A DNA stretch of 41,126 nucleotides from Patescibacteria group bacterium (lineage in GTDB: Bacteria > Patescibacteriota > Patescibacteriia > UBA10025 > JAHIVO01), in the NCBI GenBank assembly GCA_041660605.1, contig JBAZWB010000002.1, forward strand, positions 305,940 through 347,065, given 5' to 3'. A program made the translations under genes and the position numbers. Under the pieces are notes generated by a model. That model was given only the letters and a program-made list of their open reading frames with translations, had not been told where the DNA came from and searched no databases. Positions 27,131 to 34,347 of this stretch are shown here, piece by piece; within the stretch, counting starts at the first letter, position 1; every line of letters begins with the position of its first letter.

Positions 27131-27202
27131 GCCCCTGTAGTTCAACGGATAGAACGCCAGCCTTCTAAGCTGGACATAGAGGTCCGATTCCTCTCGGGGG
27201 CA
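27131..27202 (+). tRNA. tRNA-Arg (anticodon TCT), no encoded CCA
   Basis: Manual cloverleaf: acceptor gcccctg/cgggggc, D-stem gttc/gaac, anticodon arm ccagc-cttctaa-gctgg, T-arm agagg-tccgatt-cctct, discriminator A. T-loop position 55 reads C instead of T. Confidence 0.8.
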
Positions 27203-27218
27203 AATAAACAATAAGTTC

Positions 27219-27340
27219 GATTCTCAAAAACATTAATACAATAAAATGATGAGATCCCGCTCTGAGCGAAGTCGAAGGGGCGGGGTTCCTGGGGACACTT
27301 TGCGAGTTTAAGAATACTAACTTTAAGATTCTCGAAAACA
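27219..27340 (+). repeat. 14-nt direct repeats flanking a 94-nt segment with a GC-rich hairpin core
   Basis: gattctcaaaaaca (27219-27232) and gattctcgaaaaca (27327-27340) match at 13 of 14. The interior contains cccgctctgagcgaagtcgaaggggcggg. Confidence 0.45.
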
Positions 27341-27355
27341 ATAACTTAATAAATT

Positions 27356-27727
27356 ATGGGAAGCAATATAGAAATAAATGATACTTTGCAGCTCACGACC
27401 AAACAGGGATTTCCGGCTGAGCTTAACCTGGAAACGCATTTGAAAACGCCCTACCAAACTGAGAATTTTAAGGGCAAAATATTTGAATTTAAAAATAAGC
27501 CTGGTATCAGAGTATATCAGTCTCCGCCAATCAGAAATTTCCTGGTGGAAAATAAGGATGGCAAGTGGATTTACTGGGGGTTAGTTCATATACTCGAAAT
27601 AACTTATGATTATGTAAACAAATCCACCTCCGGAAAATTCGAAATTATATATATAAATAAACCAGAAGAAATGCCAAAGGCCCATGAACTGATTGACCAC
27701 AGGAAAGATACGCAATTCTTCAGTTAA
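27356..27727 (+). CDS. hypothetical protein
   Basis: Clean 123-aa ORF; no family recognised. Confidence 0.45.
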   Translation: MGSNIEINDTLQLTTKQGFPAELNLETHLKTPYQTENFKGKIFEFKNKPGIRVYQSPPIRNFLVENKDGKWIYWGLVHILEITYDYVNKSTSGKFEIIYINKPEEMPKAHELIDHRKDTQFFS

Positions 27728-27858
27728 AGACTTAAATCAATTTCTGAGACTAATTTTAGAGAATCAAAATACCTTAGGATTATTAATTAACTGAGGTTAT
27801 TTTATTATATTTTGGCTAATATTAAATATATTTAGCCTCCAGATGTGGATATCCAGTC

Positions 27859-27887
27859 TTGACAAAAAGCCTGCCCAGGTATATACT
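27859..27887 (+). promoter_or_regulatory. consensus sigma-70-type promoter
   Basis: TTGACA (27859-27864), 17 nt, TATACT (27882-27887). Confidence 0.5.
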
Positions 27888-28186
27888 CCTTAGTTACGCT
27901 AAAAAACCACAACTTATCGGGTAATTCGAACTGAAGGAGAGAGCAGTAAGAATACCCAAATTTAGATGTCATCAAGGCACTCTCTCCGAGTACCTCGTTT
28001 TATTTTCCTGGCGTAATATCGGCCCTTTGAAAATAGGATACGAACACATAGAAAACTCTGATGTTTGGGAGCAGTCTGTTGGCGGTTAAGCAATTGACCA
28101 CAGCAAACTGTTCTCAAACTATTTGTACAAAGTGGAGCAGTCGAATGATTGTTCTGTGATGTACATAACATTACAGGAGGTTTCAG

Positions 28187-28711
28187 ATGATTAACAAAAG
28201 AATCACAAAGGATGTAATCAAGCAGATTGAAACTCTGCCGATTACGGTTAATCGCAAGATTGACGCTAAAGATGCGATGAGAGATTGTAGAAGATTTGGA
28301 TTTCCGAAAGTTAATGGTGATGCTTTTTCGGTAAAATTCCCTCAGCACTATCACCACATTGGAGACGAAATAATCATAGTCTCCATTGAAGAAGACCTGT
28401 CAATGGATGAAGTCCTTGAAGCCTTTGCGTTGTGTGAATTGAAGCCGGCAGATGTCCTTGATCTGATTGCCTTGGTAAATCAACATCCCGACGCGATTAA
28501 AGAAAGTAAGGCAATCTATGCATTATTTTCCTTCGTGCAAGGATCATGGTTTTCGGGCGTACCATGGGTTTCTTCAATCGTGTATCGCTATAAGAGCCAG
28601 ATCACTTCTCGGGATATTTGGCTCAATATACGTCATGAACGCTTTGGCTTTCAATTCAAAAAGGGTACGCAGTTTGCAGCGTATCGCATTCATCACAATC
28701 TTGGCCGGTAA
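28187..28711 (+). CDS. hypothetical protein
   Basis: A strong AGGAGG RBS lies 7 nt before the ATG. 174 aa, no family recognised. It lies about 300 nt downstream of the consensus promoter. Confidence 0.55.
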   Translation: MINKRITKDVIKQIETLPITVNRKIDAKDAMRDCRRFGFPKVNGDAFSVKFPQHYHHIGDEIIIVSIEEDLSMDEVLEAFALCELKPADVLDLIALVNQHPDAIKESKAIYALFSFVQGSWFSGVPWVSSIVYRYKSQITSRDIWLNIRHERFGFQFKKGTQFAAYRIHHNLGR

Positions 28712-28982
28712 AGACAGTGAGTAAAAATTTCATCCATTAAAGGCGCAGTTTAGTCAGTGTTTTGTTCGGTTGGTAGGCATTGATACTTCTCTCAAGAGAA
28801 TTATCACAAGTTTGTATCGGGAGGTAATGTGTACCTCATTAGTTGTTCGTTAAATCGTTCCATGAGTAATTCGGAACGTGGCGAAAATTTATACTTTCAC
28901 CCTTTGATCTTTATTTCTCTCAAGACCTGCTCCGGTAACTGTTGCATAGGTCTTTTTTCTTTTCCAAAAAATTCTTACCCGC

Positions 28983-29011
28983 TTGACTAAATTTTATTTC
29001 CAAACTAATGT
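28983..29011 (+). promoter_or_regulatory. sigma-70-type promoter ahead of the tRNA-Lys array
   Basis: TTGACT (28983-28988), 17 nt, TAATGT (29006-29011). Remnant A starts at 29024. Confidence 0.4.
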
Positions 29012-29023
29012 TTAATTACTACC

Positions 29024-29156
29024 GGGACGTTAGCTCCCCGCACCATACTCACTCCGTTAGTAGGTACGGGGCAGGCAGCTTGCCCCGCCAAGAACTGGCG
29101 GGGTGAAGTAGAGCAGCTGCCTCTTACTTGTCCCGTCTGAATAGACGGGGAGCAAC
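29024..29156 (+). pseudogene. tRNA-Lys(CTT) remnant A with a D-loop insert and a 24-nt insert at position 37/38; T-arm decayed
   Basis: gggacgttagctc [67 nt GC-rich] tgaagtagagcagctgcctctta [cttgtcccgtctgaatagacgggg] agcaac. No T-arm or 3' acceptor follows. Confidence 0.65.
29036..29071. repeat. hairpin element H1, copy 1 (in the D-loop of remnant A)
   Basis: ccccgcaccatactcactccgttagtaggtacgggg. About 28 of 36 positions match the reverse complement of the copy at 29697-29734. Confidence 0.65.
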
Positions 29157-29220
29157 AGGTCGCCTTGCGTCATCAGAAGAATCAAAAAAAATAATTAATA
29201 AATACTAATTTTCATATTAT

Positions 29221-29326
29221 GGGACGTTAGCTCAGTTGGTAGAGCAGCTGCCTCTTAAGCAGCGGGTCGCAGGTTCGCCCGGTCATCCGACCGGGCAGCC
29301 CGGGGTTTATCCCCGGGCGAGTCCTG
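29221..29326 (+). pseudogene. tRNA-Lys(CTT) remnant B: intact from nt 1 to the T-loop, 41-nt double-hairpin insert in the T-loop, 3' end missing
   Basis: gggacgt ta gctc agttggta gagc a gctgc ctcttaa gcagc gggtc gcagg ttcg [29278-29318] gagtcctg. Homology then ends 9 nt short of a complete tRNA. Confidence 0.7.
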
Positions 29327-29336
29327 ATGAAATTAT

Positions 29337-29597
29337 ATGACATACATTTACTTTCTACATCTATCAAATGGTGATATTTATAAAGGACTGACTGATCGGT
29401 TAAAAGAGAGAATCTCCGAGCATCAACAGGGCAAAGTGAAATCAACAAAAAACTACCGCCCTTTTAAATTAATCGGTTATGAATACTATTCACTAAAAAG
29501 TGATGCGGAACGCAGGGAAAAATTTCTTAAAACGACTGAAGGCCGGCGTTTATTAAAACAACAATATCGGGATATTATCAATAATACGCGCCCATAG
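29337..29597 (+). CDS. small stand-alone GIY-YIG nuclease (UPF0213/YhbQ-like)
   Basis: YIYFLHLSNGDIYKGLTDRLKERISEHQQG ... FKLIGYEYY ... AERREKFLK. The last 10 nt, including the TAG stop, overlap the 5' end of tRNA-Lys. Confidence 0.8.
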   Translation: MTYIYFLHLSNGDIYKGLTDRLKERISEHQQGKVKSTKNYRPFKLIGYEYYSLKSDAERREKFLKTTEGRRLLKQQYRDIINNTRP

Positions 29598-29659
29598 CTC
29601 AATGGTAGAGCATCTGCCTCTTAAGCAGGGTGTTGCAGGTTCGAATCCTGCTGGGCGCA
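29588..29659 (+). tRNA. tRNA-Lys (anticodon CTT), no encoded CCA
   Basis: Manual cloverleaf: gcgccca ta gctc aatggta gagc a tctgc ctcttaa gcagg gtgtt gcagg ttcgaat cctgc tgggcgc a. Confidence 0.9.
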
Positions 29660-29692
29660 TTTTAAAAAATATTTAAAATCAGCTGCCTCTTA

Positions 29693-29734
29693 CTTGCCCC
29701 GTACCTAACGAACAGCGTGAGTTATGGTATGGGG
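29693..29734. repeat. hairpin element H1, copy 2 (inverted relative to copy 1), inserted at tRNA position 37/38
   Basis: cttg ccccgtacc taacgaacagcgtgagttat ggtatgggg, with a 9-bp stem. Confidence 0.65.
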
Positions 29735-29758
29735 AGCAGCGGGTCGCAGGTTCGCCTG

Positions 29759-29776
29759 CCCCGTCGCATGACGGGG
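29759..29776. repeat. hairpin element H2 (ccccgtc-gcat-gacgggg)
   Basis: Exact reverse complement of 7841-7858. The same cccgtc/gacggg stem with another loop occurs at 29132-29149. Confidence 0.7.
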
Positions 29777-29921
29777 AGCCCTGCACGCCCCACCAATTAA
29801 TAATAGAATAAAACGAAGTAAACCCTTGCGCTTGCTCAAAGCCAAATTTTCGGCTATATTATTATTATATTATAGCGATTTTTTTATTCAAAAGCAGGCA
29901 TAATATTTTTCTAAAAAACGT

Positions 29922-31268
29922 ATGATCCAGACTGAGAAGATAAGAAAGTATTTTCCGGCTATACAGGCAGGCAGGATTGTCTCCAATAACGCGGCGAGCT
30001 CGCAAGTCCCCATTCAATTGATGGACTTGATGAAAGAGCTTATTGTCCAGTATGACAATGTCCATCGGGGCCAGTCCCGGTCTTCAATACTGACGACCGA
30101 AAGATTTGAGTCCGCCTACGATACTATCGCGCAATTTATCGGCGCGCCCTCCAGAAAAAACATCATCCTGTACAGAAACACCACCGAAGCGATTAATTCA
30201 GTCGCCTATTCTTTGCTGACTGAATTCCGGGATGGCGATAATGTGGTGACGACATATATGGAGCATAATTCAAATTACGTTCCGTGGTATGGATTATGCA
30301 GGGAAATATTGCCGAAATTCGGCATCAAGGTTGAATACCGGATCGCGCGGTTTGACAAAGAGACGGGGCAGCTTGACCTTGAGCATTTGAAATCCCTGGT
30401 TGACGAAAAGACCAAGCTGGTTTGCTGCAATGGCGCGTCAAATTTTCTAGGAACGAAAAATCCCATCGGGAAAATAAGGGCTATCGCCGACTCCAGCGGA
30501 TATGTCCAGCCGAGCGGTGAAAAAAAATCATATTTACTCATAGATGGGGCGCAGTTTGTCCCCAATATGTACGTCAATGCCGAAGAACTGCAGGCGGATT
30601 TTCTGGCCTGGTCTTTTCATAAAATGCTCGCGCCGTTCGGGGTGGGAGTTTTGTACGCCAGGGAAGAACTGCTGGAAAAAATGAAACCTTTTCTTTACGG
30701 CGGGGATATGATTGCCGAGGGGAAAGTCAGTCCGGAAAAAGTCGAGTATAATACGCTGCCCTGGAAATTCACGGCCGGTACTCCTAATATTCTAGGGGCG
30801 ATTGTTTCCGCCCAAGCCATGAGATTATTAATGGATTTTTCCCTGAACCCCGGGGAATATAATTATTTCATGACCGATAAAAAACTGGAGTCGCCAGAAA
30901 TTAAAAAGGCCATGGACATCGTTGAAGCCCACGAAAAGATTGTCATCGGAGAAGCGCTGAAGATATTAGGCGGCATACCGTCATTAACTATTTTCGGCCC
31001 GAAGAAACCTCAGGACAGGACTTCTTTAGTAGCATTCAACTGCCAGGGCATAAGCCCGTTTACCATCGCTGAGGAATTAAGCGCCAAGGGCGTGGAAGCC
31101 AGAGCGGGCTGCCATTGCGCGACATTAGCGCATTATTATTATGAATTGGATCCTCCAGCCAGCTGCCGGCTGAGTTTTTACATTTATAATAATATGGATG
31201 ATGTAAAAAAAGCGTGCCTCGCGGTAAAAGATTGCGTCGAAGCGAAAAATATAAATAATAAAAATTAA
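29922..31268 (+). CDS. class V aminotransferase, cysteine desulfurase (SufS/CsdA-like)
   Basis: PLP-lysine motif SFHKMLAPFG, a GGDM region, and RAGCHCA with the candidate catalytic Cys. Confidence 0.7.
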   Translation: MIQTEKIRKYFPAIQAGRIVSNNAASSQVPIQLMDLMKELIVQYDNVHRGQSRSSILTTERFESAYDTIAQFIGAPSRKNIILYRNTTEAINSVAYSLLTEFRDGDNVVTTYMEHNSNYVPWYGLCREILPKFGIKVEYRIARFDKETGQLDLEHLKSLVDEKTKLVCCNGASNFLGTKNPIGKIRAIADSSGYVQPSGEKKSYLLIDGAQFVPNMYVNAEELQADFLAWSFHKMLAPFGVGVLYAREELLEKMKPFLYGGDMIAEGKVSPEKVEYNTLPWKFTAGTPNILGAIVSAQAMRLLMDFSLNPGEYNYFMTDKKLESPEIKKAMDIVEAHEKIVIGEALKILGGIPSLTIFGPKKPQDRTSLVAFNCQGISPFTIAEELSAKGVEARAGCHCATLAHYYYELDPPASCRLSFYIYNNMDDVKKACLAVKDCVEAKNINNKN

Positions 31269-31279
31269 CTTACTGCCTT

Positions 31280-31747
31280 ATGAAACAGTGCCAAATCTAT
31301 GACGGTTCCCTGAAATTTTCCAGAGCCACCTACGGGGTTCTGACGTTAATCGCCTTTTTTACTCGCAGTGAATGGCTGGTGCTGGCGGTCAGTCTTTTGA
31401 TAATCCTCGGCGCTTTTTCCTTGAAACTTAATATTCCCTATCAATTCCACACCTTAGTCATAAAAAAAATGATGAAAAACCAAACAGCGCCGGTGCAAAA
31501 GGAATCGGGGGAGCTGAATTTCGTCGCTGCCATGACGGGCGCGCTGCTTTTATTCGGATTTTTACTGCTCTATTTCAATGTCTGGGTTAATTTCGCCTGG
31601 ATATTCATTCTATTAGTGGCCTTGCTGATCTTTTTGGCCTGCTTTGTCGGATTTTGCGTGGCTACCTTAATGTACGTTTTAATGAAAAAAATGTTTAAGA
31701 GAAAGAGTGAAGATACGGCCAATATCAATCAAGAAAAAAGCCAATAA
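31280..31747 (+). CDS. small polytopic membrane protein (DUF4395-like)
   Basis: Four hydrophobic helices. The family assignment is from general resemblance only. Confidence 0.4.
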   Translation: MKQCQIYDGSLKFSRATYGVLTLIAFFTRSEWLVLAVSLLIILGAFSLKLNIPYQFHTLVIKKMMKNQTAPVQKESGELNFVAAMTGALLLFGFLLLYFNVWVNFAWIFILLVALLIFLACFVGFCVATLMYVLMKKMFKRKSEDTANINQEKSQ

Positions 31748-31758
31748 GCCTGATAAAA

Positions 31759-32910
31759 ATGCCAACAGAAGCAGAAACAAAAATAGGAGAAAATAAATAT
31801 CTAAACTACGATTGCTGGCTGGTCAAAAATCTCAATTACGCTCCGTATAGGCGCTGCCGCTACTGTAAATTCAGGTTTCGCCATTGCTTATTTTTGCACT
31901 ATCAAATCGTCAGCCTAGTGCTGGTCGCCGTCATTCTCTCCCTCTTTCTGATATTTGAAGGCAAAATTTCCACTCTGGCAATTATCTCCGTCTTTACTTC
32001 GGTCATTGTTTTTGGCTACTTTTTTAATTTAAGTACGGAAAAAATCATAAAAGCAAATTTTGCCCAGGAAAAGTCCAGACAAGCACTGCAGGAATTGACT
32101 GATACGCTTGAGATCAAAGTCAATGATCAGACACAGGACATCACAGCGAAGAATGCGCGTTTGGAGAAACTCCTGGAGGTCCGCTCCGAATTCCTGGACA
32201 TTGCCTCGCACCAGCTCAGGACGCCGGTCTCTATGATACGGGGAGTCTTGTCTATGATCCGGGATGGCGACTTGCAGCGTCTGCCCAAGGAAAAGCAGAT
32301 TCAATTCATTGAAAACGCCTGGCAAAAAGGGGACAAGCTGGACATTATCATCAACGATATTCTGGCCGCCTCCGAATTCGACACTCAGGCCTTCGTGGTT
32401 GATTCAAAAACGCCCAGAATATCCCTGGAAGACGTGGTTAGCCAGGTAATCAAGGAATTCCAGCTGGAAGCGGAACAGCGCGGCATTGAGCTGAAATGGC
32501 GCCCTCCTAAAAAACATCTGCCCAAAATCAAAGGCCGCGCCAATTTCCTGGAGCAGGCCATAAGTAATTTGATCGGCAATGCCTTCAAATACACCCCCTC
32601 CACCAATATGGTAAAAGAAGCGAGATCGCGGCGGAAGAAGAAGGGCGTAGTGGAAGTAACCATCAGCCAGATAAAGCAGGACATAGTGGTAAAGGTAGCT
32701 GACAATGGCATCGGCATTCCCAAAGACGAGGTAAGAAAATTATTTGACAAATTTGTCCGCGCCTCCAATGCTACGGCCATGTACACCGACGGGAGCGGGC
32801 TGGGGCTATTCATTGTCAGGGAAATCGTGGATGGGCACCACGGAAAAGTATGGGTGGAAAGCGAGCTGAACAAAGGCTCCACATTTTCTTTCAGTATTCC
32901 TGTCGCATAA
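31759..32910 (+). CDS. sensor histidine kinase
   Basis: HisKA H-box ASHQLRTPV; N, G1 (DNGIGI) and G2 (GSGLGL) boxes; two TM helices; Cys-rich N-terminus. Confidence 0.85.
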   Translation: MPTEAETKIGENKYLNYDCWLVKNLNYAPYRRCRYCKFRFRHCLFLHYQIVSLVLVAVILSLFLIFEGKISTLAIISVFTSVIVFGYFFNLSTEKIIKANFAQEKSRQALQELTDTLEIKVNDQTQDITAKNARLEKLLEVRSEFLDIASHQLRTPVSMIRGVLSMIRDGDLQRLPKEKQIQFIENAWQKGDKLDIIINDILAASEFDTQAFVVDSKTPRISLEDVVSQVIKEFQLEAEQRGIELKWRPPKKHLPKIKGRANFLEQAISNLIGNAFKYTPSTNMVKEARSRRKKKGVVEVTISQIKQDIVVKVADNGIGIPKDEVRKLFDKFVRASNATAMYTDGSGLGLFIVREIVDGHHGKVWVESELNKGSTFSFSIPVA

Positions 32911-32932
32911 ATTATATCCGCTATATAATAGT

Positions 32933-33310
32933 ATGGATAAAAAACTGAAAATATTGCTCATTGAGGACGATCCTGATCAGGTATTTTTGTACCAAAGCAA
33001 ATTTGAGCTGGAAGGCTTCGAGCTGGCAGCCGCCCGTTACGGATCGGAGGGCCTGCGGCTGGCTCGCGAGCAAAAACCCGACATCATTCTGCTGGATCTG
33101 GTGCTGATCGCGGAAAGCGGCCTGGACGTCCTGGCTAAATTAAAAAAAGATCCGCTCACGAAAAACATTCCCGTGGTGATCCTCACAAATTTAGTGCAGG
33201 AAGATTCCGTAATCAAGGCCAAAAAGATGGGCGCTACGGACTTCCTGACTAAAACAGACGTAATGCCGTCGGACGTGGTCAGCAGGATCAGGGAAATTTT
33301 GAAAAAATAA
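32933..33310 (+). CDS. single-domain response regulator (CheY-like receiver)
   Basis: Motifs IEDDPD, the phospho-acceptor region IILLDLVL, and LTNL ... K. No output domain. Confidence 0.85.
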   Translation: MDKKLKILLIEDDPDQVFLYQSKFELEGFELAAARYGSEGLRLAREQKPDIILLDLVLIAESGLDVLAKLKKDPLTKNIPVVILTNLVQEDSVIKAKKMGATDFLTKTDVMPSDVVSRIREILKK

Positions 33311-33379
33311 CCATCCACCAGTGCTGACGGTTCTAATGCGGTACTGGCGCTGTTTGAATCCCCTTGGCCGCAATAAAAA

Positions 33380-33823
33380 CTATTTGATCAATTCATTCAA
33401 ATCCTTAAGGACCTGCTCCGCATGCTCCGCCGGTTTGACGCTTTTATAGACTTTTTTTATTACGCCTTCAGGGTCAATCAGGAAAGAAACGCGCTTGGGA
33501 AAAATCAAGCCGTTGGCTCCATAAGACTTGATAATCTCATACTGCGGATCGGCTAATAGATCAAAAGGCAGATGATACTTTTCAGAAAATTTCTGGTGGC
33601 TGCCAACAGAATCCGCACTGACGCCCATCACCTTGGCTTTCTTTTTCAGTTCAGAAAAATTATCCCTGAGAGTGCAGGCCTCGGTGGTACAGCCAGAGGT
33701 AAAATCTTTCGGGTAAAAATACAAAAGCAGCCAGGAACCGTGAAATTCCTCGAGATTTCTCTGCTTACCCGTTTGGTCAGCTGCAGCCAACGCCGGTGCT
33801 TTGTCTCCGATTTTGAGTTCCAT
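33380..33823 (-). CDS. bcp: thioredoxin-dependent peroxiredoxin (Bcp type)
   Basis: Active site region FYPKDFTSGCTTEAC. Confidence 0.85.
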   Translation of the reverse strand: MELKIGDKAPALAAADQTGKQRNLEEFHGSWLLLYFYPKDFTSGCTTEACTLRDNFSELKKKAKVMGVSADSVGSHQKFSEKYHLPFDLLADPQYEIIKSYGANGLIFPKRVSFLIDPEGVIKKVYKSVKPAEHAEQVLKDLNELIK

Positions 33824-33904
33824 ATGATTAAAATTAATAATTATATCTAAAAGTATATAACACCATTATTAGCATATAATGAAGAGTTGATAAAAATAAC
33901 TTAA

Positions 33905-33938
33905 CCCAAAAACTCCTTTTATTTTGAAAGGAGTTTTT
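33905..33938 (-). terminator. intrinsic, structurally bidirectional terminator
   Basis: 10-bp stem aaactccttt/aaaggagttt with a 7-nt loop, an A-run on one side and a T-run on the other. It lies just past the stop at 33949. Confidence 0.6.
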
Positions 33939-33948
33939 GTGCTGCACC

Positions 33949-34185
33949 CTAGACTTCCTGCAAAAGGGTGCCGGTTTGCTTTCCCAGCTTCACTTCCGCG
34001 TTGGCTTCATAAAAAACGCGGTTATTGCGCGATTCCCCGATAGTCAGCTTTGCGCCTGACTTAACCACGAAGGTGGAATTCTCCGCCAGTTTAACCGTCA
34101 GATGCTGTCCAGTCGGGATTGATTTATTGCCTTTGACGATTTTATCCTCGGTAACTTCGTTTAATGTTTGATTTTTATCTGCCAT
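33949..34185 (-). CDS. hypothetical small protein
   Basis: 78-aa ORF with its own terminator; no family recognised. Confidence 0.4.
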   Translation of the reverse strand: MADKNQTLNEVTEDKIVKGNKSIPTGQHLTVKLAENSTFVVKSGAKLTIGESRNNRVFYEANAEVKLGKQTGTLLQEV

Positions 34186-34347
34186 TGTTTATTTTCCTTT
34201 GCTTGGATTATTATATCATACTTTTTTCAAACAATAAAAGCTCGTCATATTAAGCCAATAACGCTATATTTAAGCTATCACTATGCTAAATCCATCGCAC
34301 GCTTTCTTTATTTAAAGCAGGGTTCTATATAATCTCTATATAGCCAC

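Larger units (their letters stand above)
26848..27202 (+). mobile_element. putative GIY-YIG nuclease plus tRNA-Arg cassette
   Basis: The segment between the truncated resident copy and the end of the intact tRNA contains only the GIY-YIG ORF and the tRNA. The ORF stop lies 11 nt before the tRNA. Confidence 0.35.
29327..29679 (+). mobile_element. putative GIY-YIG nuclease plus tRNA-Lys cassette
   Basis: A ~350-nt segment holding only the GIY-YIG ORF and an intact tRNA-Lys of a different allele. It is bracketed by overlapping pieces (B and D) of one resident-type tRNA-Lys. Confidence 0.4.
29680..29795 (+). pseudogene. tRNA-Lys(CTT) remnant D: nt 26 to the CCA end, with a 42-nt insert at 37/38 and a 22-nt insert in the T-loop
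   Basis: ca gctgc ctctta [29693-29734] a gcagc gggtc gcagg ttcg [29755-29776] agc cctgc acgcccc a cca. No 5' acceptor or D-arm precedes it. Confidence 0.7.

Noticed and set aside
27962-28357. 131-aa minus-strand ORF
   Set aside because: It overlaps the start of the RBS-supported plus-strand gene at 28187 and the promoter-proximal leader. It has no RBS and an odd composition.
29693-29734. Archaeal-type bulge-helix-bulge intron at tRNA position 37/38
   Set aside because: I tried the canonical BHB register, in which nt 32-35 pair with intron nt -6 to -3. It gives C-G, U-G, a C-U mismatch and U-A. The last four intron nucleotides (gggg) are consumed by the element's own 9-bp stem instead of forming the 3' bulge. 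In addition, the host copy lacks its 5' third, and the genome context is bacterial.
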